In this document: positions 47,244 through 55,498 of the stretch, piece by piece | How positions within the stretch are numbered: the first letter of the stretch is position 1 | Layout of the letters: each line of letters starts with the position of its first letter | Source of the DNA: a virus | Length of the DNA: 64,000 bases | Virus record (IMG/VR): IMGVR_UViG_3300006153_000339 | Span: 2,836-66,835 of that record | Direction: 5' to 3' (one strand) | Notes under the pieces: model-generated | Databases searched by the model: none | Seen by the model: only the letters and a program-made list of their open reading frames with translations | What the model was told of the DNA's origin: nothing | Translations under genes and position numbers: made by a program

Positions 47244-48014
47244 ATGAACGAATTAGAAATCAAGCGTGTGCCCTTTATGGGAACGGAACTTATGGCGGCC
47301 CGTGACGCTGACGGGACTATCTGGGCGGGTGTCCGCTGGATGTGTGAGGGCATCGGGCTGAGCGAAGGACAAACCAAAAACGAACGTCTGAAAATTCAGA
47401 AGGATAAGGTTCTCACTAAAGGGGGATGAAATTTCGTCCTGAACGAAAGCGGTTACGGAAACCGTGAGGTTCTTTGCCTCAAACTGGATTTCGTACCGCT
47501 CTGGCTGGCAAAAATCAGCATCACGCCAACAATGGAGCAGGAAAACCCGGAACTGGCGGCAAAGCTGATGGAGTACCAGTTGAAAGCAAAGGACGTGTTG
47601 GCGGCGGCGTTCATGCCCACCGCAGGAGGATACACCAAATTCTCCAAGGAACTGCAAGCTATCTTCATGCTGGACAACCGCACCGTACAGCATGAGCAGC
47701 GAATTTCCGCCCTGGAGGACAGCATGGTCATCGACTACAGCCAGCAACGCACTCTTGCCTCTCAGGTCAACTCCGAGGTCATCGAAGCGCTGGGCGGCGC
47801 GGATTCCACGGCCTATCATGATAAGAATGTTCGGGGCAGGACATACAGCGAGTGCAACCGGGACATTCAGAACTGGTTCCGGGTGAACAGCCGCAACAAC
47901 ATCCCCCGCAAGCGTTTTGGTGAGGCTGTGGAGTACATCCAGCGCTGGAGGCCCAGCACCAATATGTCGATGATTATCCGGCAGACCAACCGGCAGATGC
48001 AGTTTTGCAGTTAA
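47244..48014 (+). pseudogene. Antirepressor (P22 Ant-N-like + ORF6C-like) with in-frame TGA at 47427-47429
   Basis: The same frame continues NFVL..EVLCLKLDFVPLWLAKISITP. Confidence 0.82.
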
Positions 48015-48021
48015 ATATCCC

Positions 48022-48059
48022 ATCCCAGCTATCTCGATGTGAGGTGGCGGGGATTTTTT
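48022..48059 (+). terminator. Moron terminator (right arm, copy 2)
   Basis: ATCCCAGCTATCTC-GATGT-GAGGTGGCGGGGAT-TTTTT. Confidence 0.82.
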
Positions 48060-48070
48060 GGCGGTGAACG

Positions 48071-49903
48071 ATGAAATACCCCTTTACACCTGAATTACTC
48101 GACGCCCTTCCCGAAGAATTGGCCGAGCTGTTCCGCGGCCTGGAACTGAAGCTCCTCGAGGAAATCTGCTCGAGGTTCAAAATTGCGGGAGGGCTGAACG
48201 AAGTCACGGTGGACGATATCAAGGCCCTGCGCTCCCACGGCATTGAACTGGAGGAAATCAAGCGGGCCATCTCCCAGGCCACGGGCACCGGGGCCGATAA
48301 GCTGGACAAGCTCCTGGATGACGTGGTGGAGCGCAACCGGCAATACTACGTCGAAATGGTGGACTTGGCCCGGGTGACCGCGCCGGAGCGGATGGTGGAC
48401 GAATCAGACATTGCGGCTATCAGGCGGCAGACCTGGGGGGCCTATAGGAACATAACCGGGTCTATGGGCTTTCTTGTGGTGAAGGGTGGGCGGCTAACCC
48501 TTCTTCCTCCGGCAAAAGCGTATGAGCACTGCCTTGATTCCGCCATCATGCAGATACAGTCCGGGGCAATCAGCTACAATCAGGCCATCGCCGAGGCCGT
48601 GAAGCAGCTGGCCGACAGCGGACTTTGCGTAGCCTATGACAAGAATGGAAATCCGCTGAAAAACCGCGTGGCCTATGAAAGCGGTCACATTGATCATCTG
48701 GACGTTGCTGTGCGGAGAGCAATTCAAACAGGGGTAGTGCAGCTTAGCGCCAAATATAGGGAACAATCCGTTGATTACCTGGAAACTGACCTTGTGGAAA
48801 CCACTGCACACACTGGGGCACGAGACACAGGAACGGGCCCTGCCAATCACAAAAGCTGGCAGGGGCGGGTTTTCCGTTGGAGCGAGAAGCCTCGAGTCTC
48901 TAAGGGGAACTATCCTGATTTTGTAAGAACGACAGGATATGGAACGGGCGAGGGCCTTTGCGGATGGAATTGCCGGCACAATTTTTATCCGTATATAGAA
49001 GGAATTTCTGAACGCACCTACACTGATCAGGAGCTTGCAAATATTGACCCGCCGCCCATCACCTTCGAGGGCCGAACATACACGGCCTACGAGGCCACGC
49101 AAAAGCAGCGCATGATAGAACGCACCATCCGTAAGCAGCGCCGCCTAAAGACCGCGTACGAGGCCGCAGGGCTGGACGATAAGGCCACCGCCGCCAACAT
49201 CCGCCTGCGCCGCCTGAACGAGAAGTACCGGGCATTCAGCAAGGCGGCGGGCCTGCCGGAGCAGCGGGAGAGGATGAAAGTCTCCTATGTGGATGATGCG
49301 TCCACGAAAAAGGCGGCGGAATTGCTTGAAAAACGCGCAGAATCTGGTATACTTAAAGATATAAACTATCACGGGATTCCTGTTACAGAGGAAGCGATAC
49401 GGCGCGTTCCGCAAATTCAGCCGGAGGGCTGGAGCGTGGAGCAGGCGGAGCGTTTGCAGGAGGCCCACCGGGAACTGCTGCGGTCTGTGCAGGACAGGCC
49501 GGTCGGCACAGAGGCTGGGGCGATCTACTCGCCGGATTTACGGTTGATCGAGCGCAAGGTCGGAGATGCGGCGGAACAGCAGATCGTTATGCCGCGCTGT
49601 CATGAGCCGCATATTTTCGTGCACAACCACCCAAGCGGAGAGACATTCAGCTATACTGATTTAACATCGTTTTTGGCGAATGATAAAATGTATGGGATGA
49701 CCGCCGTTGGGAACACAGGAAAACTTTATGCAGTATTCAAGAAAGAGGACTATGATGGGTTTTCATTTTGGAAAGCTCTGGATGACGCTTCTCCAAAGTT
49801 GAATGCAACGGCAGAAAAATTTGACATAAAGCAATACATTGACATTATTGAGAAGCTTTTGGAGGAGGCTAAGGAATATGGCATTGAATTTATCCGAGGC
49901 TGA
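48071..49903 (+). CDS. Minor capsid (MuF-like) protein with C-terminal JAB/MPN-like toxin domain
   Basis: H.GAR, GL.GWNCRH.F, Q...ER.IR; tip E...HNHPS...FS..D. Confidence 0.85.
   Translation: MKYPFTPELLDALPEELAELFRGLELKLLEEICSRFKIAGGLNEVTVDDIKALRSHGIELEEIKRAISQATGTGADKLDKLLDDVVERNRQYYVEMVDLARVTAPERMVDESDIAAIRRQTWGAYRNITGSMGFLVVKGGRLTLLPPAKAYEHCLDSAIMQIQSGAISYNQAIAEAVKQLADSGLCVAYDKNGNPLKNRVAYESGHIDHLDVAVRRAIQTGVVQLSAKYREQSVDYLETDLVETTAHTGARDTGTGPANHKSWQGRVFRWSEKPRVSKGNYPDFVRTTGYGTGEGLCGWNCRHNFYPYIEGISERTYTDQELANIDPPPITFEGRTYTAYEATQKQRMIERTIRKQRRLKTAYEAAGLDDKATAANIRLRRLNEKYRAFSKAAGLPEQRERMKVSYVDDASTKKAAELLEKRAESGILKDINYHGIPVTEEAIRRVPQIQPEGWSVEQAERLQEAHRELLRSVQDRPVGTEAGAIYSPDLRLIERKVGDAAEQQIVMPRCHEPHIFVHNHPSGETFSYTDLTSFLANDKMYGMTAVGNTGKLYAVFKKEDYDGFSFWKALDDASPKLNATAEKFDIKQYIDIIEKLLEEAKEYGIEFIRG
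49326..49353 (+). promoter_or_regulatory. Internal sigma-A promoter at the MuF/toxin junction
   Basis: TTGAAA-16 nt-TATACT with extended TG. Confidence 0.6.
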
Positions 49904-50057
49904 CAAAAAGCGCCTTGAGCGCGATTTAGCGGCGGCGGAACCATATGATGAAAACGCGCCTGAATTGCGCACCTTTGATGGTGAAGTGGATTTTGCCAGA
50001 ATGAGGGCAACTATGGCAAAGAAATTTTTAGAAGAAGCTAAGAAGGAGAAAAAGTGA
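49878..50057 (+). CDS. Candidate immunity protein (59 aa)
   Basis: Overlaps the toxin 3' end; same low-GC block. Confidence 0.6.
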   Translation: MALNLSEADKKRLERDLAAAEPYDENAPELRTFDGEVDFARMRATMAKKFLEEAKKEKK

Positions 50058-50233
50058 GCACAAAAAAGCAAGGGCGCTGGTATAACTGCCCCCACTGCGG
50101 CAAGGCCCTTTTCCCCCTGCGGGAGGACACCCGCATTGAGCATATGCCCTTCCGCTGTAAGGCGTGCAAGCATGATCTTGAGATAAACGCATTCCCAACA
50201 AAAATGAACAACCAGAGAGCCAAGAGCCTTTGA
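50054..50233 (+). CDS. Com-like zinc-ribbon regulator (59 aa)
   Basis: Manual translation WYNCPHCGKAL...FRCKACKH. Confidence 0.72.
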   Translation: MSTKKQGRWYNCPHCGKALFPLREDTRIEHMPFRCKACKHDLEINAFPTKMNNQRAKSL

Positions 50234-50287
50234 GCCAAGAGCCATTATCCTTTCGGAGCACCCGGAGGATGATGGCTCTTTCTCTTT
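50217..50287 (+). terminator. Terminator overlapped by four GAGCC repeats
   Basis: GAGCC at 50217, 50224, 50232 and 50239; stem 50237-50251/50266-50280 plus T-rich tail. Confidence 0.75.
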
Positions 50288-50373
50288 CGGTAAAACCCGC
50301 TAACGCGGTTTTTATACAACCTGCCGCGAGGCGTTAAATCAGGGGCGACGGCCCGAAAACGGAGGTAAATAAT

Positions 50374-50892
50374 ATGAGCGAACCTATCACAAACGAGAAC
50401 AACCTCACCCCGGCCCCCGCGCCGGAGCCTGCCCCTGAGAAAACCTTCACTCAGGCGGAGTTGGATTCCATTGTTGGCAAGCGCATTGCCAAAGCCATGA
50501 AGGGTATGCCCGGAGAGGAGGAGCTGACCGCTTTTCGGGTATGGAAGGAGAGCCAGCAGACCGAGAAGGAGCGCTGGGACACGCTGACCCGCGAACGGGA
50601 CGAGAGCAAAACCGCCCTGACCGCCGCGCAGGCGGAACTGGAGCAGTACCGGCGGGAAAAGTTCCTGCTTGGCAAGGGCGTGCCCGCCGACGACGTGGAC
50701 TACTACGCCTTCAAGATCGGCAAGCTGGTGACTGACGCCACGGACTTTGAAAAGGCGGCGGAGCAGTTCTTGAAGGACAATCCGCCCGTAGGGACGGTGC
50801 AGGTGGATTTGTCCGCCCCTCTGGGCGGCGGAAAGCCGTCCCCGAGCGAAAACGAAATGATGAACAGCCTCATCCGAGGCGCAAGAAAGTGA
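50374..50892 (+). CDS. Capsid scaffold protein
   Basis: KTFTQAELD.IV.KR motif; precedes the capsid gene. Confidence 0.82.
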   Translation: MSEPITNENNLTPAPAPEPAPEKTFTQAELDSIVGKRIAKAMKGMPGEEELTAFRVWKESQQTEKERWDTLTRERDESKTALTAAQAELEQYRREKFLLGKGVPADDVDYYAFKIGKLVTDATDFEKAAEQFLKDNPPVGTVQVDLSAPLGGGKPSPSENEMMNSLIRGARK

Positions 50893-50902
50893 GGTACATA
50901 AT

Positions 50903-51907
50903 TTGACAAACAAAAAGATGAAGTTCGGTATCCAGTTTTTTGCTGGTACAGCAAGCATGATTACCAGGGAAAACCTGTCCGGCCTGATTCCTGAGCCGGT
51001 AACCAGGGGCATTATCCAGGGCGCGATTCAGCGCTCCGCTGTGCTCAGCATGGGGCGGCGTCTGCCCAACATGACCAGCAAGACCCAGCACATGAACGTG
51101 CTGGACGCCCTGCCCGTGGCTTATTGGGTCAATGGTGACACCGGCTTCAAGAACACCACCAACATCGCCTGGGACAAGAAGCGGATCGTAGCGGAGGAAA
51201 TCGCTGTTATCGTCCCTATCCCGGAAGCGGTTCTCGATGATTCCGACTACGACATCTGGGGTGAGAGCCGTCCGTTGCTGGAGCAGGCGTTCGGAAAGCG
51301 GATTGATGAAACCATCATCTTCGGCGTGGACAAGCCCGCGTCCTTCCGCAAGTCTCTGTATGAGACGGCGGAGGAGGTCGGGAATATCGTCGCCGCCACT
51401 GGAGATACCTTCACCGACATCATGGGCGAGGACGGCGTGATCGCAAAGGTGGAGGAGAGCGGATTCCTGCCCACCGGCGCGATGGCGGCGGTACGGATGA
51501 AGGCGAAGCTACGCGGCCTGACGGATACCACCGGCCAGCCCATTTTCAAGAGCGATATGCAAAGCCCCACCCGCTATTCCCTGGACGGCTTCCAGCTGGA
51601 TTTCCCGATGAACGGCGCGTTTGACTTTGAAAAGGCGCTGATGATTGTGGGCGACTTCTCCCAGCTGGTGTATGCCGTTCGGCAAGACATTGAGTTCAAG
51701 ATCTTCGACCAGGGCGTGGTCCAGGACCCCAACACAAAGGAGATCGTCTACAACCTGATGCAGAACGACATGGTGGCCCTCCGCGCCGTCATGCGTCTGG
51801 GCTGGGAGATTCCCAACCCCATCAACGCCTTCCAGCCCGACGAGAGCAAGCGGTCTCCCTTCGCGGTGTACGCCCCTGCGGAGTCTGGCGCGTCCGTAAA
51901 CCCTTAA
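50903..51907 (+). CDS. Major capsid protein (HK97 fold)
   Basis: IQFFA Prp-type leader, GLIPE, GDFSQ, DMVALR. Confidence 0.92.
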   Translation: MTNKKMKFGIQFFAGTASMITRENLSGLIPEPVTRGIIQGAIQRSAVLSMGRRLPNMTSKTQHMNVLDALPVAYWVNGDTGFKNTTNIAWDKKRIVAEEIAVIVPIPEAVLDDSDYDIWGESRPLLEQAFGKRIDETIIFGVDKPASFRKSLYETAEEVGNIVAATGDTFTDIMGEDGVIAKVEESGFLPTGAMAAVRMKAKLRGLTDTTGQPIFKSDMQSPTRYSLDGFQLDFPMNGAFDFEKALMIVGDFSQLVYAVRQDIEFKIFDQGVVQDPNTKEIVYNLMQNDMVALRAVMRLGWEIPNPINAFQPDESKRSPFAVYAPAESGASVNP

Positions 51908-52056
51908 CCGCACTGCTTGACGAACAGCCTGCCCCAGACCTCTCCGACATGACGAAGGCGCAGTTGCTTGACTACGCCGCGTCTGCCGGGGTGGAGGGGG
52001 TGAGCAGTGCCATGAACAAGGCTGAGATTTTGGCGGCGATTGAGGGGGCGCTCTGA
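51901..52056 (+). CDS. Rho-N/HeH-like ORF, probable -1 frameshift extension of the capsid
   Basis: DLSDMTKAQLLDYAA..GV..SSAMNKAEILAAI; C CCT TAA site; TGATG-coupled to the next gene. Confidence 0.65.
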   Translation, partial: PLTALLDEQPAPDLSDMTKAQLLDYAASAGVEGVSSAMNKAEILAAIEGAL

Positions 52057-52475
52057 TGACCTACGCCGACTACGACTACTACCGCAACGAATACTTTGGG
52101 CAGACCATAGGGGAAGCAGATTTCCCCCGTCTGGCCCTCCACGCAAGCCAGTACATCGACTACATCACCCAGAGTAGGGCAAGGGACAGTATGGAACCCG
52201 TCAAAATGTGCTGCTGTGCCCTGGCGGAACAGTACCAGGCCATTGAGACGGCCCAGGCCCTGGCGCATAAAAGCCTTGCGGCGGGCGCTGGGGACGGCGC
52301 TGAGGTCCAGAGCGAGACGGTAGGGTCCTGGTCCAGGTCCTACCGCTCTGGCGGCGACAGCGCCCAATCAGCGGCCCAGGCGGCGGAGGCTGGACGGTCT
52401 GTTCTGCTGGACACCGCCCGCCGCTACCTGACAAATACCGGGCTGCTGTACCGGGGAGGGAGGTGCTGCGGGTGA
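52056..52475 (+). CDS. Head-tail connector
   Basis: YADY.YY...Y.G, SETVG.WS.SY, TGLLYRG. Confidence 0.82.
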   Translation: MTYADYDYYRNEYFGQTIGEADFPRLALHASQYIDYITQSRARDSMEPVKMCCCALAEQYQAIETAQALAHKSLAAGAGDGAEVQSETVGSWSRSYRSGGDSAQSAAQAAEAGRSVLLDTARRYLTNTGLLYRGGRCCG

Positions 52476-52951
52476 GTATGTTCCCCCACACCATCGCCCT
52501 CTATAACGTGGAGGTCATCCCGGGGGCCGGTTACAAGGACACCGTGATTAACCACATCACATTCCTGCGTGGTGTGCTCCTGGATGCCTCAAAGGCCGTT
52601 AACGTTCGTGAGAGCGGCTATGAGGGGGCAGACGCGGTAAACCTGTATATTCCCTTCGACGTTGAGGCGGTGGATGCGTCGACCGGGAAACCAAAAAAAT
52701 ACACGCCGCCCATCGAGTTTTGGCGGGCCGAGGACAAAAGTGAGATGTGGACGCTGGCAATCAGCAAAAAGGGCGCATCCGGCGATGGATATACCTTTCT
52801 TGTGAAGGGTGAAGTCCTGCCGCCAGAGGGCACAAAGCCTGAGCTTGTGGCAAATGTGGTTGAGGCCGGAAACGATGATGTGTACAACATCACCAAGATC
52901 GACACCAAGGATTTTGGCAGGCTTCAGCATTGGGAAGTGGGGGCGGTCTGA
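52472..52951 (+). CDS. Head closure protein (putative)
   Basis: Synteny; ends HWEVG. Confidence 0.65.
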   Translation: MSMFPHTIALYNVEVIPGAGYKDTVINHITFLRGVLLDASKAVNVRESGYEGADAVNLYIPFDVEAVDASTGKPKKYTPPIEFWRAEDKSEMWTLAISKKGASGDGYTFLVKGEVLPPEGTKPELVANVVEAGNDDVYNITKIDTKDFGRLQHWEVGAV

Positions 52952-53413
52952 ATGGGATATTTAAAGTTCAGCATCAGTGAGGATTTCTCCGATATTCTTT
53001 GCAAAAAACTGGAGCAGGCTGGGCCAAAAGCGGCACACGGACTGGCTTTACAAATTGCAAAAGACACTGAGCCATTTGTGCCAGCCATGACAAAATCCCT
53101 TGTGAACCGTTCGCAGGCTATCGAAAACAAGGTCGTTTACCCCGGCCCATACGCAAGATACCTGTACTACGGAAAAGTCATGGTAGATGCAGCCACCGGG
53201 AAAGGGCCTATGCGAATCGTAAGTAAGGACGGTTCGGAAGTTATCAGATTTCGAAAGGGCGCGAGGCTCAGGCCGACAAACCGCCGCTTGAAAATCAGCA
53301 GATCGGTACACAAAGATGCACAGTCCCATTGGCTGGAAGCGTCAAAGGCGAAAAATATGGATAAGTGGGAGCGCGTAGCGGGAAAGCTGGTGGATAAATA
53401 TCTTGACAAATAA
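52952..53413 (+). CDS. Minor capsid/neck protein
   Basis: PFVP..T..L, PYARYLYYG. Confidence 0.8.
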   Translation: MGYLKFSISEDFSDILCKKLEQAGPKAAHGLALQIAKDTEPFVPAMTKSLVNRSQAIENKVVYPGPYARYLYYGKVMVDAATGKGPMRIVSKDGSEVIRFRKGARLRPTNRRLKISRSVHKDAQSHWLEASKAKNMDKWERVAGKLVDKYLDK

Positions 53414-53867
53414 ACAAACAAGACGTTTACGGGTTCAAGAATCAGAACGTGCAAAAATTGACAGAAATGTTCTGATATGGCTCAGCTCCTGGCCCGATCT
53501 TCCAGCGGATATTTCAAAAGGCGTTGTCGTTCCAGAGTCCAACCTCGCCGCAGACGTTCCAGGCATGGCACTTTCCAGAATAACCACCGCTTTCATCAAC
53601 AAGTTCTATATTTTAGGCGGGTATCAAGCTGAGTATCAGTTTTCTGTAATTTATCGGTTTAAGCCCGTATCAATGGATAGCGTTTTAAGCGCAGACGAAC
53701 TTTTGAACAACCTGGGAGACTGGGCAGCTCAAAACAAGCCAAATCTCGGAGATGGAATCCGAGTTACAGAGGTTACCCCAACATCACAAGCAGAGCTTTA
53801 CTCCCCGTATGAAAACGGGGACGAGGATCACCAGATCCCAATAAAAATTATTTACGAGGTGATATAA
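53403..53867 (+). CDS. Tail terminator (putative)
   Basis: Synteny before the tail tube gene. Confidence 0.6.
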   Translation: MTNKQTRRLRVQESERAKIDRNVLIWLSSWPDLPADISKGVVVPESNLAADVPGMALSRITTAFINKFYILGGYQAEYQFSVIYRFKPVSMDSVLSADELLNNLGDWAAQNKPNLGDGIRVTEVTPTSQAELYSPYENGDEDHQIPIKIIYEVI

Positions 53868-54410
53868 ATGGCATTCACATTTAACGTCCCGGAGGGCGAG
53901 ACGATTGCCCGTGAACTTTTGATCGCGTATCTGAACACTGGAACCGATTCGTCCCCAGTGTGGTCTCCGTTGGGTAAGCGGACCACGGACAGCTCCGAGG
54001 AGTTTGACTGGGGGGAGGAAAACTCTCAGGACATCTTGGGCAACACCTACCCGAAAATGAAGAAGCCGACGATTACCCAAACCTTCGACCCGTGGGATTT
54101 GGACGGCGGCGACGCGGCGCAGCAGAAGGTGTATCAGCTGGCCATTGTGGAACAGAACGCCCAGGCGCTATGCAATATGGACATGATGATCGCGCACTTC
54201 TACACCACCAGCAGCGGCAGTTCCGGCGGCAGCTTTGCGGAGCGGTACAGCTCCTGCATGGTCAAACCGTCCGGGCTTGGCGGTGAGGGCGGCGGCAATA
54301 TCGGTATGCCCGTAGATGTTACATACGGCGGCGAACGTACCGTCGGCACTGTAACAAAGGGTGCTGGTGGATCCGTAACCTTTGCTGCTTCCGGGGAGGT
54401 CGAGTCCTGA
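53868..54410 (+). CDS. Major tail (tube) protein
   Basis: W..LG, DILG, GGEGG..I...YGG.R..G. Confidence 0.8.
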   Translation: MAFTFNVPEGETIARELLIAYLNTGTDSSPVWSPLGKRTTDSSEEFDWGEENSQDILGNTYPKMKKPTITQTFDPWDLDGGDAAQQKVYQLAIVEQNAQALCNMDMMIAHFYTTSSGSSGGSFAERYSSCMVKPSGLGGEGGGNIGMPVDVTYGGERTVGTVTKGAGGSVTFAASGEVES

Positions 54411-54832
54411 TGAAAGAACTTTCCTTTGCAACTGGCCTTGTAAGCTACTCACTGAATAGAAAAGAGGAAGTGGAGTTTAATCCGACGGACAGTGCGTTTG
54501 TTGAACGGCTTTTTAACACGTTCGATTCTCTGGACAAAAAGCAAGAGGATCACAAGGCGGAAATTGAGAGAATCGCCGATAACCGGGAGATTTTTGACGT
54601 GGCCAGGAGGCGGGACGCAGAGATGCGGAGCATGATCGACGAGGCGTTTGGACACCCTGTGTGCGATGCTGTGTTCGGGAACATGAACGTCTACGCGATG
54701 GCGGACGGGCTTCCGGCCTGGGCCAATCTCATGCTTGTCGTTATGGACGAGATTGATACCGGCTTTGCCAGGGAGCAGAAAGCGACAAACCCGAGGCTGA
54801 AAAAGTATCTCGACAAATGGAAAAAGAAGTAA
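54410..54832 (+). CDS. Tail assembly chaperone
   Basis: FNPTD..F.ER; position; ends G AAA AAG. Confidence 0.75.
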   Translation: MKELSFATGLVSYSLNRKEEVEFNPTDSAFVERLFNTFDSLDKKQEDHKAEIERIADNREIFDVARRRDAEMRSMIDEAFGHPVCDAVFGNMNVYAMADGLPAWANLMLVVMDEIDTGFAREQKATNPRLKKYLDKWKKK

Positions 54833-55398
54833 ATCATGACCTTCCTGAGAGTTTGGAGGTAGGCGGGACTTCTTACGCCATACGGAGCGGGTACAGGGCG
54901 GCGCTGGACATATGCGAAGCCCTATCAGACCCGGAGCTTTCCCAGCAAGAAAAAGCGCTTGCGGCGGTGTACATCATGTACATAGACTTTGAGTCCATTC
55001 CGCAAGAGCATTTCGAGGAAGCGCTTGAAAAGTGTTTTTGGTTCATTGATTGCGGAATGGAGTATGAGCACCGGCAGAAATCTCCCCGGCTTGTGGACTG
55101 GAAGCAAGACTTTCCGATCATTGCAGCCCCGGTGAATCGGGTATTGGGCACCGAAGTCAGACGAAGGTCCGGGCCGGATGATTATGGGGTTCATTGGTGG
55201 ACATTTATTTCCGCCTATCAGGAAATCGGGGACTGCACCTTTGCCCAGGTGATACGCGTCCGCGACCGAAAAGCACGAGGGAAAGCGCTCGACAAGCAGG
55301 ATCGGGAATGGTATAGACGAAACCGGGATCTGGTGGACTTCAAAAACCAGTATACCGACACAGACCAAGCCCTTTTGAGGGAGTGGGGCGGCGTATAG
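54817..55398 (+). CDS. Gp15-like tail chaperone (-1 frame relative to the previous gene)
   Basis: LP.S.EV.G..Y.I, DW.QD, HWWTF. Confidence 0.8.
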   Translation: MEKEVNHDLPESLEVGGTSYAIRSGYRAALDICEALSDPELSQQEKALAAVYIMYIDFESIPQEHFEEALEKCFWFIDCGMEYEHRQKSPRLVDWKQDFPIIAAPVNRVLGTEVRRRSGPDDYGVHWWTFISAYQEIGDCTFAQVIRVRDRKARGKALDKQDREWYRRNRDLVDFKNQYTDTDQALLREWGGV

Positions 55399-55405
55399 CC
55401 GCCGT

Positions 55406-55450
55406 TACTCCAATCCGGCGGAAACAAAACCTCTCCGCCGGATTGGAGTA
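55406..55450. repeat. Perfect 17-bp inverted repeat before the tape measure gene
   Basis: TACTCCAATCCGGCGGA-11 nt-TCCGCCGGATTGGAGTA. Confidence 0.85.
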
Positions 55451-55498
55451 GTGAATATCCACATTGTGCCTTAGATTTTGATGAAAGGCGGTGATGGT

